From: Strigamia acuminata
Lineage: Eukaryota
Direction: 5' to 3'
NCBI GenBank assembly: GCA_949358305.1
Contig: OX442314.1
Location: forward strand, 33,480,001 to 33,544,000
Length of the DNA stretch: 64,000 nucleotides
The notes under the pieces were generated by a model, which saw nothing but the letters and a program-made list of their open reading frames with translations, had not been told where the DNA came from and did not search any database. Made by a program: the position numbers and the translations under genes. Below, piece after piece: positions 23,776-35,840 of the stretch (the stretch's first letter is position 1; each line of letters starts with the position of its first letter).

Positions 23776-26700
23776 TGGCGGGGGTCCTCGAACCCCCTAT
23801 CATTAATTCCGAAGGGATTTTACCACCAGACTTGGAACAAGCTCTTTCTGAAACTTTAGATAACTTAACTATTCAAGATAAAGAAATTAAGCGTGCTCGT
23901 CCTAACCGGAAGACACGGAAAAGAAACTGGAACTATAAGTTTAAGGTTGCATCAAATACGCCTTTTTCGGCAGAGGAGACAGCAAACCCGTTCTTGAATT
24001 TTCACGACGACCTGTTTTCTCTAGATAAGGGGGACGAATCTTTAGCTCGGCTAATACAAGATACGTCCAATCTTAATATTCGTGACGAATCCACCAGTTC
24101 TAGTGGAGGAGTATTCGAGAATTTACAATCTATGATTGATAATTTGAATCTCGACTCCAAATCTTCCAGATTTGCGAGATTGAAATCTTACATTAACGAG
24201 AATCAGTTAAAACGAAAAGATGGCATCGAACGAATTAATAGTTTGGGAAATCACATCGATGATCCCCGAATGAAAATTACAATAGGTGGACTCACTTACA
24301 ATGCTTTGATGGACTCAGGAGCCACACAGTGTTTTATTGGGTTACAATTACTAAGTAAGACTTGTGCATCTCCCGATTTCATACAAGATTGTCCGAAACA
24401 CATGAGAGTTTGTGCAGTTGGGGTTACTCATATTCCACTGGGACAAATCACTTTGTGTGTACAATGGGCAGACGGAGCGGAATTCACACCGATAAATTTT
24501 ATCATTTTGGATAATAATGTGTGTGGATTAATTATCGGACATAATTTTATGCGCCGAACTAAGATTAATCTAAATCCAGCACGAGCTGTATTTACTTGCG
24601 ACAGCAAGTCCGATTGGACTGCCCCCTACGAAACTGACGAGTTAAATTGCAATTTAGCTCGAGTACAAGTGTTGACTGACAACGCAACAGCCACACACAC
24701 GCCAGATAATTGGGAAGAATTGTTGTTAAAAGATTGTGACTGTTCAGATGAGGAAAAAAGTAAATTACGAGAAGTAATTGCTAGTGTTAAGAACGTCTTT
24801 AGAGATAAAGTCGGATGTACTAACATAATAAAGCATAAGATCACCTTTAAAAAGGATGTAACGTGGAAAAAACAACCGTTTCGAATGTATAACCCCGCTA
24901 AAATAGCCATTATGACTAAATTGGTAGAGGAATTAGAAGCGGATAACTTGATTGAAAGAGCTACTGGACCTTACATAAGTCATCCAGTGATCGTGGCGAA
25001 GCCAAACGGCACTTATCGTTTGTGTATCGATTATCGGTGGTTGAATGCAATCACCGAAATCAATGCCATACAAATGCCAAGTATTGATCTGTTACTTCAC
25101 AATACTAACCAGGCAAAGTATTTCACCTCTCTTGACCTTACCAAAGGTTATTATCAGGTCGAAATGGACGAGGAAGATAGACAAAAAACAGCCTTTTACA
25201 CTCCGAAAGGCAATTATCAATTTGTCCGCATGCCTTTTGGTCTTTGCAATGCGCCGTGTACATTTCAGTTCTTAATGGAACGAGTGATGGGCGAAGCATT
25301 ATACCAACACGCTCTAGTCTATTTAGACGACGTTATAATTTTCTCCACCACTTGGGAGAAACATCTTGGACACATCAAGGATGTGTTAGAAAGATTGGAT
25401 AAAGCCAACTTATCGGTGAATAAGGAAAAATCAAAATTTGGAAAAACTACACTCAAATTTTTGGGTCATTTGATAACTCCAACTGGATTAGCACCTGACC
25501 CAGACAAGATAGTATCCGTTAGGAAATATCCAACTCCTAAGAATTCCAAGGATATTCAACGTTTTCACGGCCTGTCGAATTTCTTCCGAAAATTTATTCT
25601 CGAACATGCAAAAATTGCTAGACCTCTAACTAGCATGATGCATGATAAAGCAGTGTTCAAATGGGGAGAAGAACAAGAGAAAGCTTTCGAAGCCATAAAA
25701 AATATCTTATGTGATGAAACACAAGTTTTGTTAATGCCAGATATGATGAAACCATTCGTGATTTTGACTGATGCGTCACATGATGGACTTGGTAGTGTAT
25801 TATGCCAAGATGTGGAATTCTTCGATGAAGGAAAAGGAGAAATGATCATGACTCCTAGACCAGTAGCTTATGCTAGTCGGGTCCTACGAGGAGCAGAAGT
25901 ACGCTACTCAACACCCGAACTCGAGTGTTTAGCAGTAGTGTGGGCAGTCGACAAATTCCGACCGTATATCGAATATACGACTTTTACTTTGGAATCAGAC
26001 GCCGAAGCATTGAAATGGCTGATGGGAACACCAGAACCATCGGGACGATTTGGTCGTTGGGCAATTAAACTTCAATGTGGCGCCTTTAAGATTAAATATC
26101 GACGGGGCACCCAGAATCAAGTTGCCGACGCCTTTTCAAGAGCTCCTTTGGGCATTGAAGACATTCCAGAGAATGATTATTGTGAGCCAATCGAGATTAC
26201 TCAATTTTGGCCAGAATGGGACGGAAATCGAGAAATTATTCGAAGGAATAATAGAGAAGATTGCCAATTTCTAACGAATGTACAGCTTCATTTCGATTAT
26301 TCCAAATTATTATATAATACTTTGGAAAAGGGGGAGGAAATGGATGAAGCTGCAGAAGAAACACTATTTAGTGCTTTAACTGAAGTTTTAAAGGAAGTTC
26401 CACCGACTCGAGAAGAAATTATAGAAGCTCAACTGGCCGATAAAGAGTGTAGAATGATAATCGATCATCTGAAACGAGATGAAATCGAACAGAAAAAGTT
26501 TAAGAAAACTAAAGAATGGATGAAAGCAGTCCAAGGTTACCAATTAGATTTTCAAGAAGAAAATGGTAATGAAATGCTGATTTATTTCAAACCAACGTTT
26601 GAAGAGGAATTGAATGACTCCGGAAACGGATTTAAAGCTGTCATTCCACCTTCATTAGTACGAAGAGTACTGTTTGCCTGTCACGGACATCCATTAAGTG

Positions 26701-28067
26701 GACATGCAGGGATGAGTAAGACGCTCGAACGAGCGAAACTTATATATTACTGGCCGAAAATGAATAAAGATACTCGCAATTACGTCCGAAGTTGTATTCA
26801 TTGCCAGCAATACAAGCCCTGTCAGCATAAGAAACATAGAGCGAGTTACACTCCTCATAACATGTCTTACCCGTGGGAAGTAATCTGCTTTGATTTAATG
26901 GGTCCCAAACCGACAGGAAGAAGCCAATACAGATTTGTATTAGTAATTATCGATCAATGTACGAAATGGGTAGAATTATTCCCTTTAAGTAAGGCATCTA
27001 GTGAATCTATCGTGAATAGGTTAGGAGAAGTGATTCATAGATGGGGATACCCAAAGAAAATTGTTAGTGATAACGGGAGCCAATTCATATCCACGATTTA
27101 TGAAGAGTTTTGTAAAAAACACAACATCAGAATGGCTCATGTAAGTCCATATCACGCTCAGGCCAATCCTACAGAAAGGGCCAATAGAGACATCAAAATT
27201 ATGCTGGCTCTTTATTCAGACATTCATTCCCATTGGCCAAGATTCTTAAACAAATTTGCATTTGCCTCAAGAACGGCTAAATCCGAAGCAACAGGTGCGA
27301 CGCCATTTTTACTGAACACAGGAAGAAATGTACCTCTTCCCTTTGATCCTCGGATCATTCAACATGCAAATGCATTTGACAAGAACAACCCGGAAGAATA
27401 CGTGTATAATTTACTTGGAATTTTACGTCGAGCACATCAAGAGATGCATTTGCGTATTCAAGCAAATTATGAGCGACACGACAAGATTCACAGGAATAAA
27501 TTTCACATTTGTGAATATACTGTCGGTGATTTGGTATGGAAAGCCACTCACATTCTTTCAAATAAAGAAAAAGGAATTACTAAAGGTTTCGCAGAGAAAC
27601 GAGATGGACCGTGGGAAATTACGGAAGTTTTACCAGGAGGTGCTTATAAGTTGAGAAAATTAGTTGATGGATCAATAGAATCATCGATAAATACTGATGA
27701 TATCTCTCCTTATATTCCATCCTACCCGATTGAGACTTGGACACTTGACCAAAAGAGTGGAAAAGTAGAAAATCACCCAAACCCTGATTGGATGAACGAA
27801 AGTTCAATCGTAAATAATTCAAGTGAATTAAATAATCAAGAATTAGGAAATAATTCTGCTAATATGGAATTAGATCCTGAAGAAGTTACGACTCCCGCTT
27901 CAAAAGAAAGCGACATCGTAGTTAATAATCCAAAACATGATTATAACCTTAGGAAAAGGAAAAGAAGTTGTGAACTTCCACAACTGCAATCTCGTACGAA
28001 GCGAATTTCTACAACAGATCAAGAATGCACAACAGATTTTATACATCTGATTCAAGATCGCCGCTAG
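23775..28067 (+). CDS. Gypsy Pol (PR-RT-RNaseH-INT), in the -1 frame relative to gag
   Basis: ALMDSGA; RLCIDYR; YLDD; TDAS; HGHPLSGH...CIHC; DLMGP; SDNG; 1430 codons uninterrupted. Confidence 0.95.
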   Translation: MAGVLEPPIINSEGILPPDLEQALSETLDNLTIQDKEIKRARPNRKTRKRNWNYKFKVASNTPFSAEETANPFLNFHDDLFSLDKGDESLARLIQDTSNLNIRDESTSSSGGVFENLQSMIDNLNLDSKSSRFARLKSYINENQLKRKDGIERINSLGNHIDDPRMKITIGGLTYNALMDSGATQCFIGLQLLSKTCASPDFIQDCPKHMRVCAVGVTHIPLGQITLCVQWADGAEFTPINFIILDNNVCGLIIGHNFMRRTKINLNPARAVFTCDSKSDWTAPYETDELNCNLARVQVLTDNATATHTPDNWEELLLKDCDCSDEEKSKLREVIASVKNVFRDKVGCTNIIKHKITFKKDVTWKKQPFRMYNPAKIAIMTKLVEELEADNLIERATGPYISHPVIVAKPNGTYRLCIDYRWLNAITEINAIQMPSIDLLLHNTNQAKYFTSLDLTKGYYQVEMDEEDRQKTAFYTPKGNYQFVRMPFGLCNAPCTFQFLMERVMGEALYQHALVYLDDVIIFSTTWEKHLGHIKDVLERLDKANLSVNKEKSKFGKTTLKFLGHLITPTGLAPDPDKIVSVRKYPTPKNSKDIQRFHGLSNFFRKFILEHAKIARPLTSMMHDKAVFKWGEEQEKAFEAIKNILCDETQVLLMPDMMKPFVILTDASHDGLGSVLCQDVEFFDEGKGEMIMTPRPVAYASRVLRGAEVRYSTPELECLAVVWAVDKFRPYIEYTTFTLESDAEALKWLMGTPEPSGRFGRWAIKLQCGAFKIKYRRGTQNQVADAFSRAPLGIEDIPENDYCEPIEITQFWPEWDGNREIIRRNNREDCQFLTNVQLHFDYSKLLYNTLEKGEEMDEAAEETLFSALTEVLKEVPPTREEIIEAQLADKECRMIIDHLKRDEIEQKKFKKTKEWMKAVQGYQLDFQEENGNEMLIYFKPTFEEELNDSGNGFKAVIPPSLVRRVLFACHGHPLSGHAGMSKTLERAKLIYYWPKMNKDTRNYVRSCIHCQQYKPCQHKKHRASYTPHNMSYPWEVICFDLMGPKPTGRSQYRFVLVIIDQCTKWVELFPLSKASSESIVNRLGEVIHRWGYPKKIVSDNGSQFISTIYEEFCKKHNIRMAHVSPYHAQANPTERANRDIKIMLALYSDIHSHWPRFLNKFAFASRTAKSEATGATPFLLNTGRNVPLPFDPRIIQHANAFDKNNPEEYVYNLLGILRRAHQEMHLRIQANYERHDKIHRNKFHICEYTVGDLVWKATHILSNKEKGITKGFAEKRDGPWEITEVLPGGAYKLRKLVDGSIESSINTDDISPYIPSYPIETWTLDQKSGKVENHPNPDWMNESSIVNNSSELNNQELGNNSANMELDPEEVTTPASKESDIVVNNPKHDYNLRKRKRSCELPQLQSRTKRISTTDQECTTDFIHLIQDRR

Positions 28068-30094
28068 TGATAGCGTATTTTTTAAATACATACAAAGTAT
28101 TTAAAAGATAAAAAATCGGGTCACTTTTGACCCACAAATTAATTATGGTTAAATTCTAACCTATAGGAGAGTATAGTGAAAATACCCCGGGTAGAGAGTA
28201 GAAGATTTGTTCTCTCACAAGTTTCACACACATGTGCGAGTCAACTTTGACACCTGTGTCGATAGAGAAGTTCGTAGTGATTTCTTTCAAGAAAACCTCG
28301 AGATTCGTGGTAAGACCCATGTATTACCAATAGACTCGGAAATTATGTGTCGGGACTTAATGTTATAATCCTTTCGTGATAGAAAAGGACGAGAGAAAAC
28401 TTCGGTGATTAAGTTCGTCTGAAAAGAGACGAACACGTGACCTCGGCGTGAGGAGGAAAATTTCTCCTTCGAGAAAATTCGAAATATCATCACGACAGTT
28501 CAACGTTTTACTAGAGTGTTACGTGTTACGTGTAAGTAGACCAAGAACACCTGCTGAAACCATGCGCGCTGCGCACACGCACGATCCTGACATCACGGTA
28601 CCAAGAAACAACTCTTCCATGTTGCAAACACCCTTGGCAACCATGGTGAAGTCGTGCGATCTCCGGGCAACTCCCCTGTTGCCTGTCTGTGGCCGTATAG
28701 TGGGTAAAAACTTGAGATGAAACCACTGGCCCTCACCTAGGCCTAAATGGTGAAGAAGAAATAGGCCTGACTGCAAAACTCATCTGGCTGGGCAAAAGCA
28801 TGGTGCCTCCAGTAGGGAGGAGAGCACACAAAGGCTCTCTACTCACTCATCTCGGTTCTGAACAGCATTAAAAAACTAATCCAAAATAATCCATAGAAAA
28901 CAAATGAGAAGAACATAAAAAGCTTGTGTTTATTCTAATAACAGTTTCGTAGCAACAACAACTTTTAGGTTTACCACACATCTTCGTAAATCTCCATAAT
29001 TTTAACTACTGTCTGTGGTGCTGCTGCTGCTTGATGATGATTCATTATTTTCATTTATTGCGGCCATAGATTCCGTATCAAGTGTTGTCGAACTGGCAGA
29101 CGTGCCGGCCGGTACAGCAAAAGCCAATGGGGCAGGGGACATTGGAGCAAGTTCTTCTGCCGGTACGGTTCGAGTTGCCGCTGTAGCGCCCGATCATCGA
29201 CGAGTTGATACAAAACGTCCATGAGTGAATTCCGGGATCGGTAGTAACGTTGCAGCCTCATCCAGAGGACAAAGTTCATAGTCTTCATAAAACTCCGAGT
29301 CCGAGTCCGAATCCGATTCTTGTAACAGCAAATTTGGAAAAGATGCCGAACGACGTAAACCCTTGCGCTTTTTCGTTGCGCTTTTTTGTTGCGCGTTTCG
29401 GTGTAGAATGTTGCGGCGATGTGCGCTGTGATGGAGATTGATGCGGTGAAGAATATTGCGGTAAATGTGGTGGCGAATGTCCAGGTGAAATACGGATTCC
29501 ACCTGCGGCAACTGATTTTACCGAAGAAGCATGCGACGCGTGTGAACCATCACTACCACCGTCAGAATCACTGTCGGATTACTGGTCCCTGGTGCTGCTG
29601 AACAACTTACTGTATGATGACGGTTTCCTACTTCCAACAGCATTACAGTTTGTTAAAATTTTTCAACAGCTTTTTGGACTTCTAAACCCTATGTTTAGAA
29701 GGTCTAATAAAACGGTTCCGTCCGTCTGTCTGTCCGCATCAACTCCTCCAAAACGAAAGCAGCTAGAGCCAAACGGTCAACTGCAATGAACTCAGCATAC
29801 CTTCAATCGGTGCCTAAGGAATTTTCGTAAAAAAAAACAAAATAAATAAATAAATAAATAAATAAGAATACTGTAACTAATTAATTAAAATAAGCTCGCT
29901 TACGTTAAAAAAGATTTGGTTCTCACATAGGCGATAGTCATCGTTAATTCGTGGGCACAAAATGACAAACCTGTTTTCGACTTCGCTTGAATAGCAGAGT
30001 GTGAAATGTTCGACTGCAAAGATAAAATTTTCGCAAGTATCACATCTAAAAAAAAAAATTAAATACATTACATTATATTATATTGCTACGTGGC

Positions 30095-30546
30095 CAGGGG
30101 ATGTAATGGTCACATAGGCAAGTTAGACTACTAGGAAGAATGACTCAGCGTGAGCTGATTTTTGGTGGGGCGCGACGCATTGCTCACAAAAAAATATATT
30201 TTTTAAAAAATTTTAACAATTAAACTAACTTATAGACATGATGCCCTCCCCCTAGAATAGTGCACTTGTCTTGTCGGTCTGGAAGAGTTTATTCTATCTA
30301 GACAATACACAACTGCAAAATTCAAATCCATTTCAGTTTGTGTGCTCAATTCTATTATGGATAAATGGCTGATAAATAAGCCTTCAAATTATATGTAAAA
30401 TTGTATGCAATATTATATAAAAATTTTCTTTTTGCTTTTTAGTAGTTAATTTTTGAAAAATTTAATGCACCGGTAGATGAAGTGGGGCGCGGAAGATCGC
30501 CTTGCTTAAAAATGGGGCGCGATGCTAAAAAGTTTGGGAACCCCTG
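30095..30546. mobile_element. Degenerate hAT/Charlie-like MITE
   Basis: Right end GTTTGGGAACCCCTG, left end CAGGGG, three GGGGCGCG subterminal motifs; no TSD. Confidence 0.45.
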
Positions 30547-30749
30547 ACTTAATACTTTATTCTTTATAAACTCAATTAAAAACTGACAAGAACTAAACTA
30601 AAGAATGAAACAAGGAGCAATACAAATGTAAAGAAATTGAAGAGGCGCTGCTTTGTCGGCGACGGGATACAATCACTCGGCCGTTTGTAACAGCGGAATA
30701 AAAATTTTAATCATACAAATCATTTATGAAAATCGAGATGCTTTATTGG

Positions 30750-31778
30750 TTATGCATTCCATTTGTGGTTAACCTTTCGCTTACCCGCAAAAACAGGTTT
30801 AAAATTCGACATTTGTGTAGTTGGAAAGGGTGCCTTAAAGTTTGGTGAATTCGACGTCCAATTCGGTTCTGGTCCATTTAGAAATGCAGAAACAGCACTT
30901 CTGATTTCATAATTCGGTTCTAGTGCATCCGGAGACGTTTCATTTTCGAGACAAGTTGGACACTGACGTTCGTCCGACTCCAACAGAGCCTGACGAATAC
31001 AGTCGTCGCAGAAGGTATTGGCACAACATGGCGTCACAGCAGCGTCCACCATAACCTCCTTGCAAATTCCACACAGCAATTCTTTGGGGATTGCTACACC
31101 CACCTCTTTTTCCGGTGTTTTCTCCTTGACAAAAATCGGCTTTTCCTTTTTCTTAACCAGGTAGGCAGCCTGATTAATCACCGGCACAACAAACTGACCG
31201 GTAGTGCTTGATAGAAGAGCCCCCTGGACTTCCGGTCCTTCAGCAGTAACCATAAAAGTGCGGGGAATGCCACTGCTGCGTTTATACGCTTTCGTCGGAC
31301 AATCCTTCACCCAGTGGTCGCCTTTGCCGCACCTACAGCAAATGTAGTCCGGCGGAATCTTCCCGGTCATGGCTCGAGATTTCGGCAAGTTGGATGTGTC
31401 GTAAAACTCCGCAACTCGAGCATTGAGCGCTTTAATGTGCTCCTCTTCCGAACGATGTTCGTTCTTCTCGACTGTCAGTAATCTCCTGGCGATTATCGGT
31501 GGTTTTGATCTGCGCAGGAAGTCGTCACGACGAATTTTTACGCCGAAAATCGGAATTCTTGCCGCAATAAACGACGTGTTTTGCACAATCAAAGCGTCGT
31601 CGTCGGCGTAGATTTCCTTAGTTTCGGAGTTCCTTATCTGCAGCTCGCTGTCGCCTTTCGTACAAATCTTTCTCTGCTGACAAATCGCCGATTTCAAGTT
31701 GCTAACAGTGGTGCTCAAGCTGTGCAAATTAACCATGGTGAAGTTTAAATCGTTGGTGAATTTGTAATGAAATGCCAT
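30750..31778 (-). CDS. RBBP6: Intronless RBBP6/Mpe1-like copy B, 342 aa
   Basis: Near-identical inverted paralog of 7980-9035; a 1-bp indel near the 3' end changes and shortens the tail. Confidence 0.9.
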   Translation of the reverse strand: MAFHYKFTNDLNFTMVNLHSLSTTVSNLKSAICQQRKICTKGDSELQIRNSETKEIYADDDALIVQNTSFIAARIPIFGVKIRRDDFLRRSKPPIIARRLLTVEKNEHRSEEEHIKALNARVAEFYDTSNLPKSRAMTGKIPPDYICCRCGKGDHWVKDCPTKAYKRSSGIPRTFMVTAEGPEVQGALLSSTTGQFVVPVINQAAYLVKKKEKPIFVKEKTPEKEVGVAIPKELLCGICKEVMVDAAVTPCCANTFCDDCIRQALLESDERQCPTCLENETSPDALEPNYEIRSAVSAFLNGPEPNWTSNSPNFKAPFPTTQMSNFKPVFAGKRKVNHKWNA

Positions 31779-32408
31779 TATATTTCTTAAACGTGTGTGT
31801 GTCTCAAGCAGAAAGCAATATACCACTGTGACACAAAACTTGTGCTTTTATTCAGTAACTAGAGCTGAACGTTTGCTTTACGTAATGGCTGCGTAAACGT
31901 TGACAAAACGTTACGCTTAACCCCATGACTACAACGCTATTCCATAACGGCGTTCGCCCGTTTATGAAGGAAGACGGGAGAGTGCGATCAGCAACAATAC
32001 GCCAGTTCATCCAACATGACACATAAGAGATCGAACAGCAGCCAGTTACTTGATTTGTTAAAAAAGTTCATGTTCATCATGAACATGACTAAGGAACAAT
32101 CCTTGTTCCTTGGTCCTCGTTGAAAACAGTTTGATTAAAAACGACGATTAAAAATACTGGCCACAGAGGAAATTACAGCTCCGCAGTCGACAGTGCAAAG
32201 CCGTAATGGCGTTGATTTGTTTACAACAATGCAGCTCTGCGATTGACCTATATGACGAGGAGATTAAAACAACCAAAGAACATCCAAATCCCAAATCCAC
32301 TGAAACACTATGGGCTGTTGAACTCCTAGCTGCTCTAGTGATGGCCCTGGTCAAATTCAAAAGAAAACAACCTAATCCAAACGAGAATCCAAGTTCGAAC
32401 ATCGCCGT

Positions 32409-32949
32409 TGTGAAAATCGGATGATTTTACGTGTGAATTGTTATTTGGATTTCTTTAATATTGTTTAAACTCATAATTGTGTTGATTGAATTGTATTGTT
32501 GATTTGTATTTCCATTTTTTACTTGTGATTTTATTTGATTTGTGTATGTTATATTTTCGTATCATAATATGTTTTATTTCCATTTAAATGTTTTAACTTG
32601 ATCTCTTACAATTGGAATGTTAATTCGTTAATCCTTTTAAGAATGTTCTATTCCTCTGAAATTGTAAGCGCTCGCCATTGGTCCTTTGAGCGCGTCATTT
32701 ACATACCTCCACCTCGTGATTGCTTGTGATTGGTTCTTCGAACTCGTCATTTACATCACCTGTTTCCTTTATAACTTGAATAAAATTAGTGTACTTTTTC
32801 AACTAAAACTGTGTGGTCGTGCTCCTTTATACTCCAACGCCATCTTGGACTTCAACGCGATTTTCAACTGTTACATCCACTTGTAGTCAAGGACTTTAGA
32901 AATTGATTGGTAAACTTTGAATATCTTTTTATTTACTTCAAGTTTAACA
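32409..32949 (+). mobile_element. BEL/Pao solo LTR, 541 bp
   Basis: TG...CA; exact 5-bp TSD GCCGT; homologous to the LTR at 58467-58989. Confidence 0.93.
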
Positions 32950-34207
32950 GCCGTGAACGATCCAAATCAGAAACAAACGAACGTGACAAACATATCAAAA
33001 ATTTTCAATTGATGACCGAATAATTCTGAGATAAGATAAATTGCAACTTTTGTTTATTTGTGGGACCAGTCGCTGATTTAAAAGCACAATTTATTGAAAA
33101 TTTTTTTAAGACAAATGCCTAACTAAAAAAGATATTCATCAAAATACAGGATGTGTAAAATTGATCAAGAGTTGCAGTCTTGATTAATAATAATTGATAA
33201 ACTGTCAAACAAATACTACAGTTTGAAAGTTATTCAATGCGAAATAGTCAATCACATCCCTGAATCTCGTCTTATGTGGAAATATTCCCGACAAAAGTAG
33301 GCGAAACTACCTGAAAGATAGTCCCAAATATTTGCCAGATGTACTGACTACTGATAAAAATAAAAGAAGTGGTCCAAATAAATGCCTTACGATGAAAGCA
33401 CTTTCTTGCTAATATTATAATTGATTATAAATTTGTTTTTTTTTTGGCAAATTGGATTCAAAAAACATCCTTAATGTTGAATCATCTAAATATGGATACG
33501 CAATAGCAATTCGTTTTTAGGTCACACGACTGATTGATTTGGCCTCATTCTTCTTAGACAACTTTAATTTTGGATTGTGTCAATGGCCTAGGCTTTCCCA
33601 AGAACAGCTGATTCAGCGTTGTGGCTGATATTTGAAGCTGTGTGAAGTGGTGTTTGGTGAGTTTTTTCTGTTTTTTCAATAATTTATCGTACTTGTTTGC
33701 CGTTGTGATCTTCGTCTGCTAAAGGGCGGTAAAACCTGGAATGTACGGAGTATTCTCCTCTCCTTTTCCTTTATTTGTAAACAACTCAATTACCACCAGA
33801 GCGGTTTAGTTTTTTTGCAGTAGACAACATCCTGATTCTTTCCCACGTTATCCTTATCTGCTTAGTTTTTGGAAAAGTCTGGCTGGATCCACGATTGCAA
33901 ACAAGATGAGTCTTCTAAGACGTTCTATTTGATGCCCAGTATTTTGATGTATTTGGCATCTTTGATTCGGTCAAATTGCATGTGGAATCTGCTTGACGTC
34001 GGCTTCTCGTGGACCAAAGCAGTGAATACACAGAACACAGAACGTAACCGAAACGTGTGGGAAACCTTATACTAACACTACGAAACTGTAACGTATAACT
34101 GACGCATACGCATCTTTTTGTATTTATGTACGTTTTAGACGACCTCCTTTCATTTTGTGTTGGGTGCTTCTATTGATTGTTCACGTCGTCTTTAGCATTT
34201 CAAACAA

Positions 34208-34618
34208 ATGGATTTTGATTACGAACTCGAAGATTACCCGGATGAGTTCGACGGTATCGACGAAGATGACAACTTGGATGAATTTGCTGATCAACCGGAG
34301 GAGGATCGTGATCGTGATGGTGATGGCGATGTTATAGATTTACTCCCTACGTCAGAAGTTTCACAATCTCAACAGACGAATAACAGAACGACAACTCCTT
34401 TTATGACTAAATACGAACGGGCGCGGGTATTGGGCACCAGAGCTTTGCAAATAGCAATGTGCGCGCCGGTTATGGTTGAATTGGAAGGTGAAACTGATCC
34501 CTTAAAAATAGCGATGAAAGAACTGAAAGCGCGAAAAATTCCCATAATCATTCGACGATATTTGCCCGATGGAAGCTACGAAGACTGGGCGATAGATGAA
34601 CTTATTTTGAATGATTAA
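34208..34618 (+). CDS. POLR2F: RNA polymerase I/II/III shared subunit RPB6 (RPABC2), intronless
   Basis: Acidic N-terminus; [23 protein letters not shown]...[23 protein letters not shown] near 34746. Confidence 0.97.
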   Translation: MDFDYELEDYPDEFDGIDEDDNLDEFADQPEEDRDRDGDGDVIDLLPTSEVSQSQQTNNRTTTPFMTKYERARVLGTRALQIAMCAPVMVELEGETDPLKIAMKELKARKIPIIIRRYLPDGSYEDWAIDELILND

Positions 34619-34874
34619 GTTGGAACTGAAACTCGATTTTCAGAATCTTTTTCAATTCATTTATTTTTCAATGTTTTTCAACTTGTTTTAAATTTTTTCG
34701 ACTAATTTCAATTTTTTTTCGATCTATTTTAAACTTTTACGAATTAATAAAAAAAAGTGCTTAAAATCACATGTAGAAGTCATTGGAAATCTGTTGCAGC
34801 TACGTCATTTTACTTTATTTTTCTGGCTTTTCGGTTTACATCACGTGTAACAAAAACAAAAATTAGAGAACAAT

Positions 34875-35388
34875 TTAGTTTTCGGGCATAAAAAAGTCTG
34901 GGTCACGAAGATTCAAGTGACTATGACCAAATTCGTTAGGATGATTCGCGTTGTGATAATGCCCAAGTCCAGAAGTACCGCTGTGGTGGTCGTGGTCGTG
35001 GTGGTGGTCGTGGTGGTCGTGGTGGTGGTCGTGTTGGAAGTGGGCACCATAAAGCGACTCGGGAGCATCGCTAACTTTCAGCGAGTCTATCACATTGCTG
35101 GGTGCCAAACCCCCTGGCGGCTCATCCATCTTCATGTTGCTTCGTTCTTTTTCGGCCCAACTGACAAAATAATACGTGCAAAGGAAATCTAGTTCGACAG
35201 ATACAAATTAGCGAGATTACTAAATCAAATTCAGCAATTAGACAGTCGATTATTATTATTATTATAGTTTACATGGAACCAAATAAAATAATTGCCCAGT
35301 TATTCTTTCCCTCAAACTTGCAACTCCTTCCGCTCGAGATGAGAAGAACTGCGCAGAATATTTCCAAAGGTTTCTGATTTTAAACATC
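34875..35388 (-). CDS. Small His/Asp-rich protein of unknown function (last exon 35160-34875; first exon uncertain)
   Basis: Open frame after a TTGTCAG acceptor, with HDHHHDHHDHHHDHDHH; joining MFKIRNLWK... needs a GC-AG intron. Confidence 0.45.
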
Positions 35389-35840
35389 TTTTTTTTTGTT
35401 ATAAAAAAAAAAATAACAAATAAAAATACGTTAAAAATATTAATTAAAAAAAAAAAAAACACAAATTTTCATTACTTCGAAAATTGGAACCAAATTGCAC
35501 AGTATTCTTTGTCGTTGTCATCACTACAACAATGAGCATTGAGCATGAGCCTGGTCACGAGCACGTTATTTAGGCCAACTTTGACTTCTCACCAACAGCC
35601 GGCGCTGCGCAACCATTTACTGTATACACAGATTTAATATATTTAATTTATTGAAATTTGAAGTTAAAATCATTAAAAATAAAATCAATTATACGAGCAA
35701 ATTGAAATAACGACAACAATATATATCACAAAAAAAAAAAAAAAAATCACGTGAATCCCACAATTCACCGCTTTTCATTTTGATTTTTCCAAGCCTTTTT
35801 CGGCATCCAAAAACTGTCGTCATTTCTTTCGCTTCGCACC

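Larger units (their letters stand above)
19881..28870 (+). mobile_element. Large Ty3/gypsy retrotransposon; 5' LTR ends at 20432; 3' LTR absent
   Basis: TGTGACG...CGTCACA; PBS follows; gag and pol ORFs. LTR start may instead be 18686 (TATGACGGT); right boundary approximate. Confidence 0.85.

Noticed and set aside
28067..28900. env-like third ORF or 3' LTR of the gypsy element
   Set aside because: Only short ORFs and no match to the 5' LTR
33880..34000. KILGIK*N retroelement-like motif on the minus strand
   Set aside because: Too short and degenerate to assign to BEL or LINE
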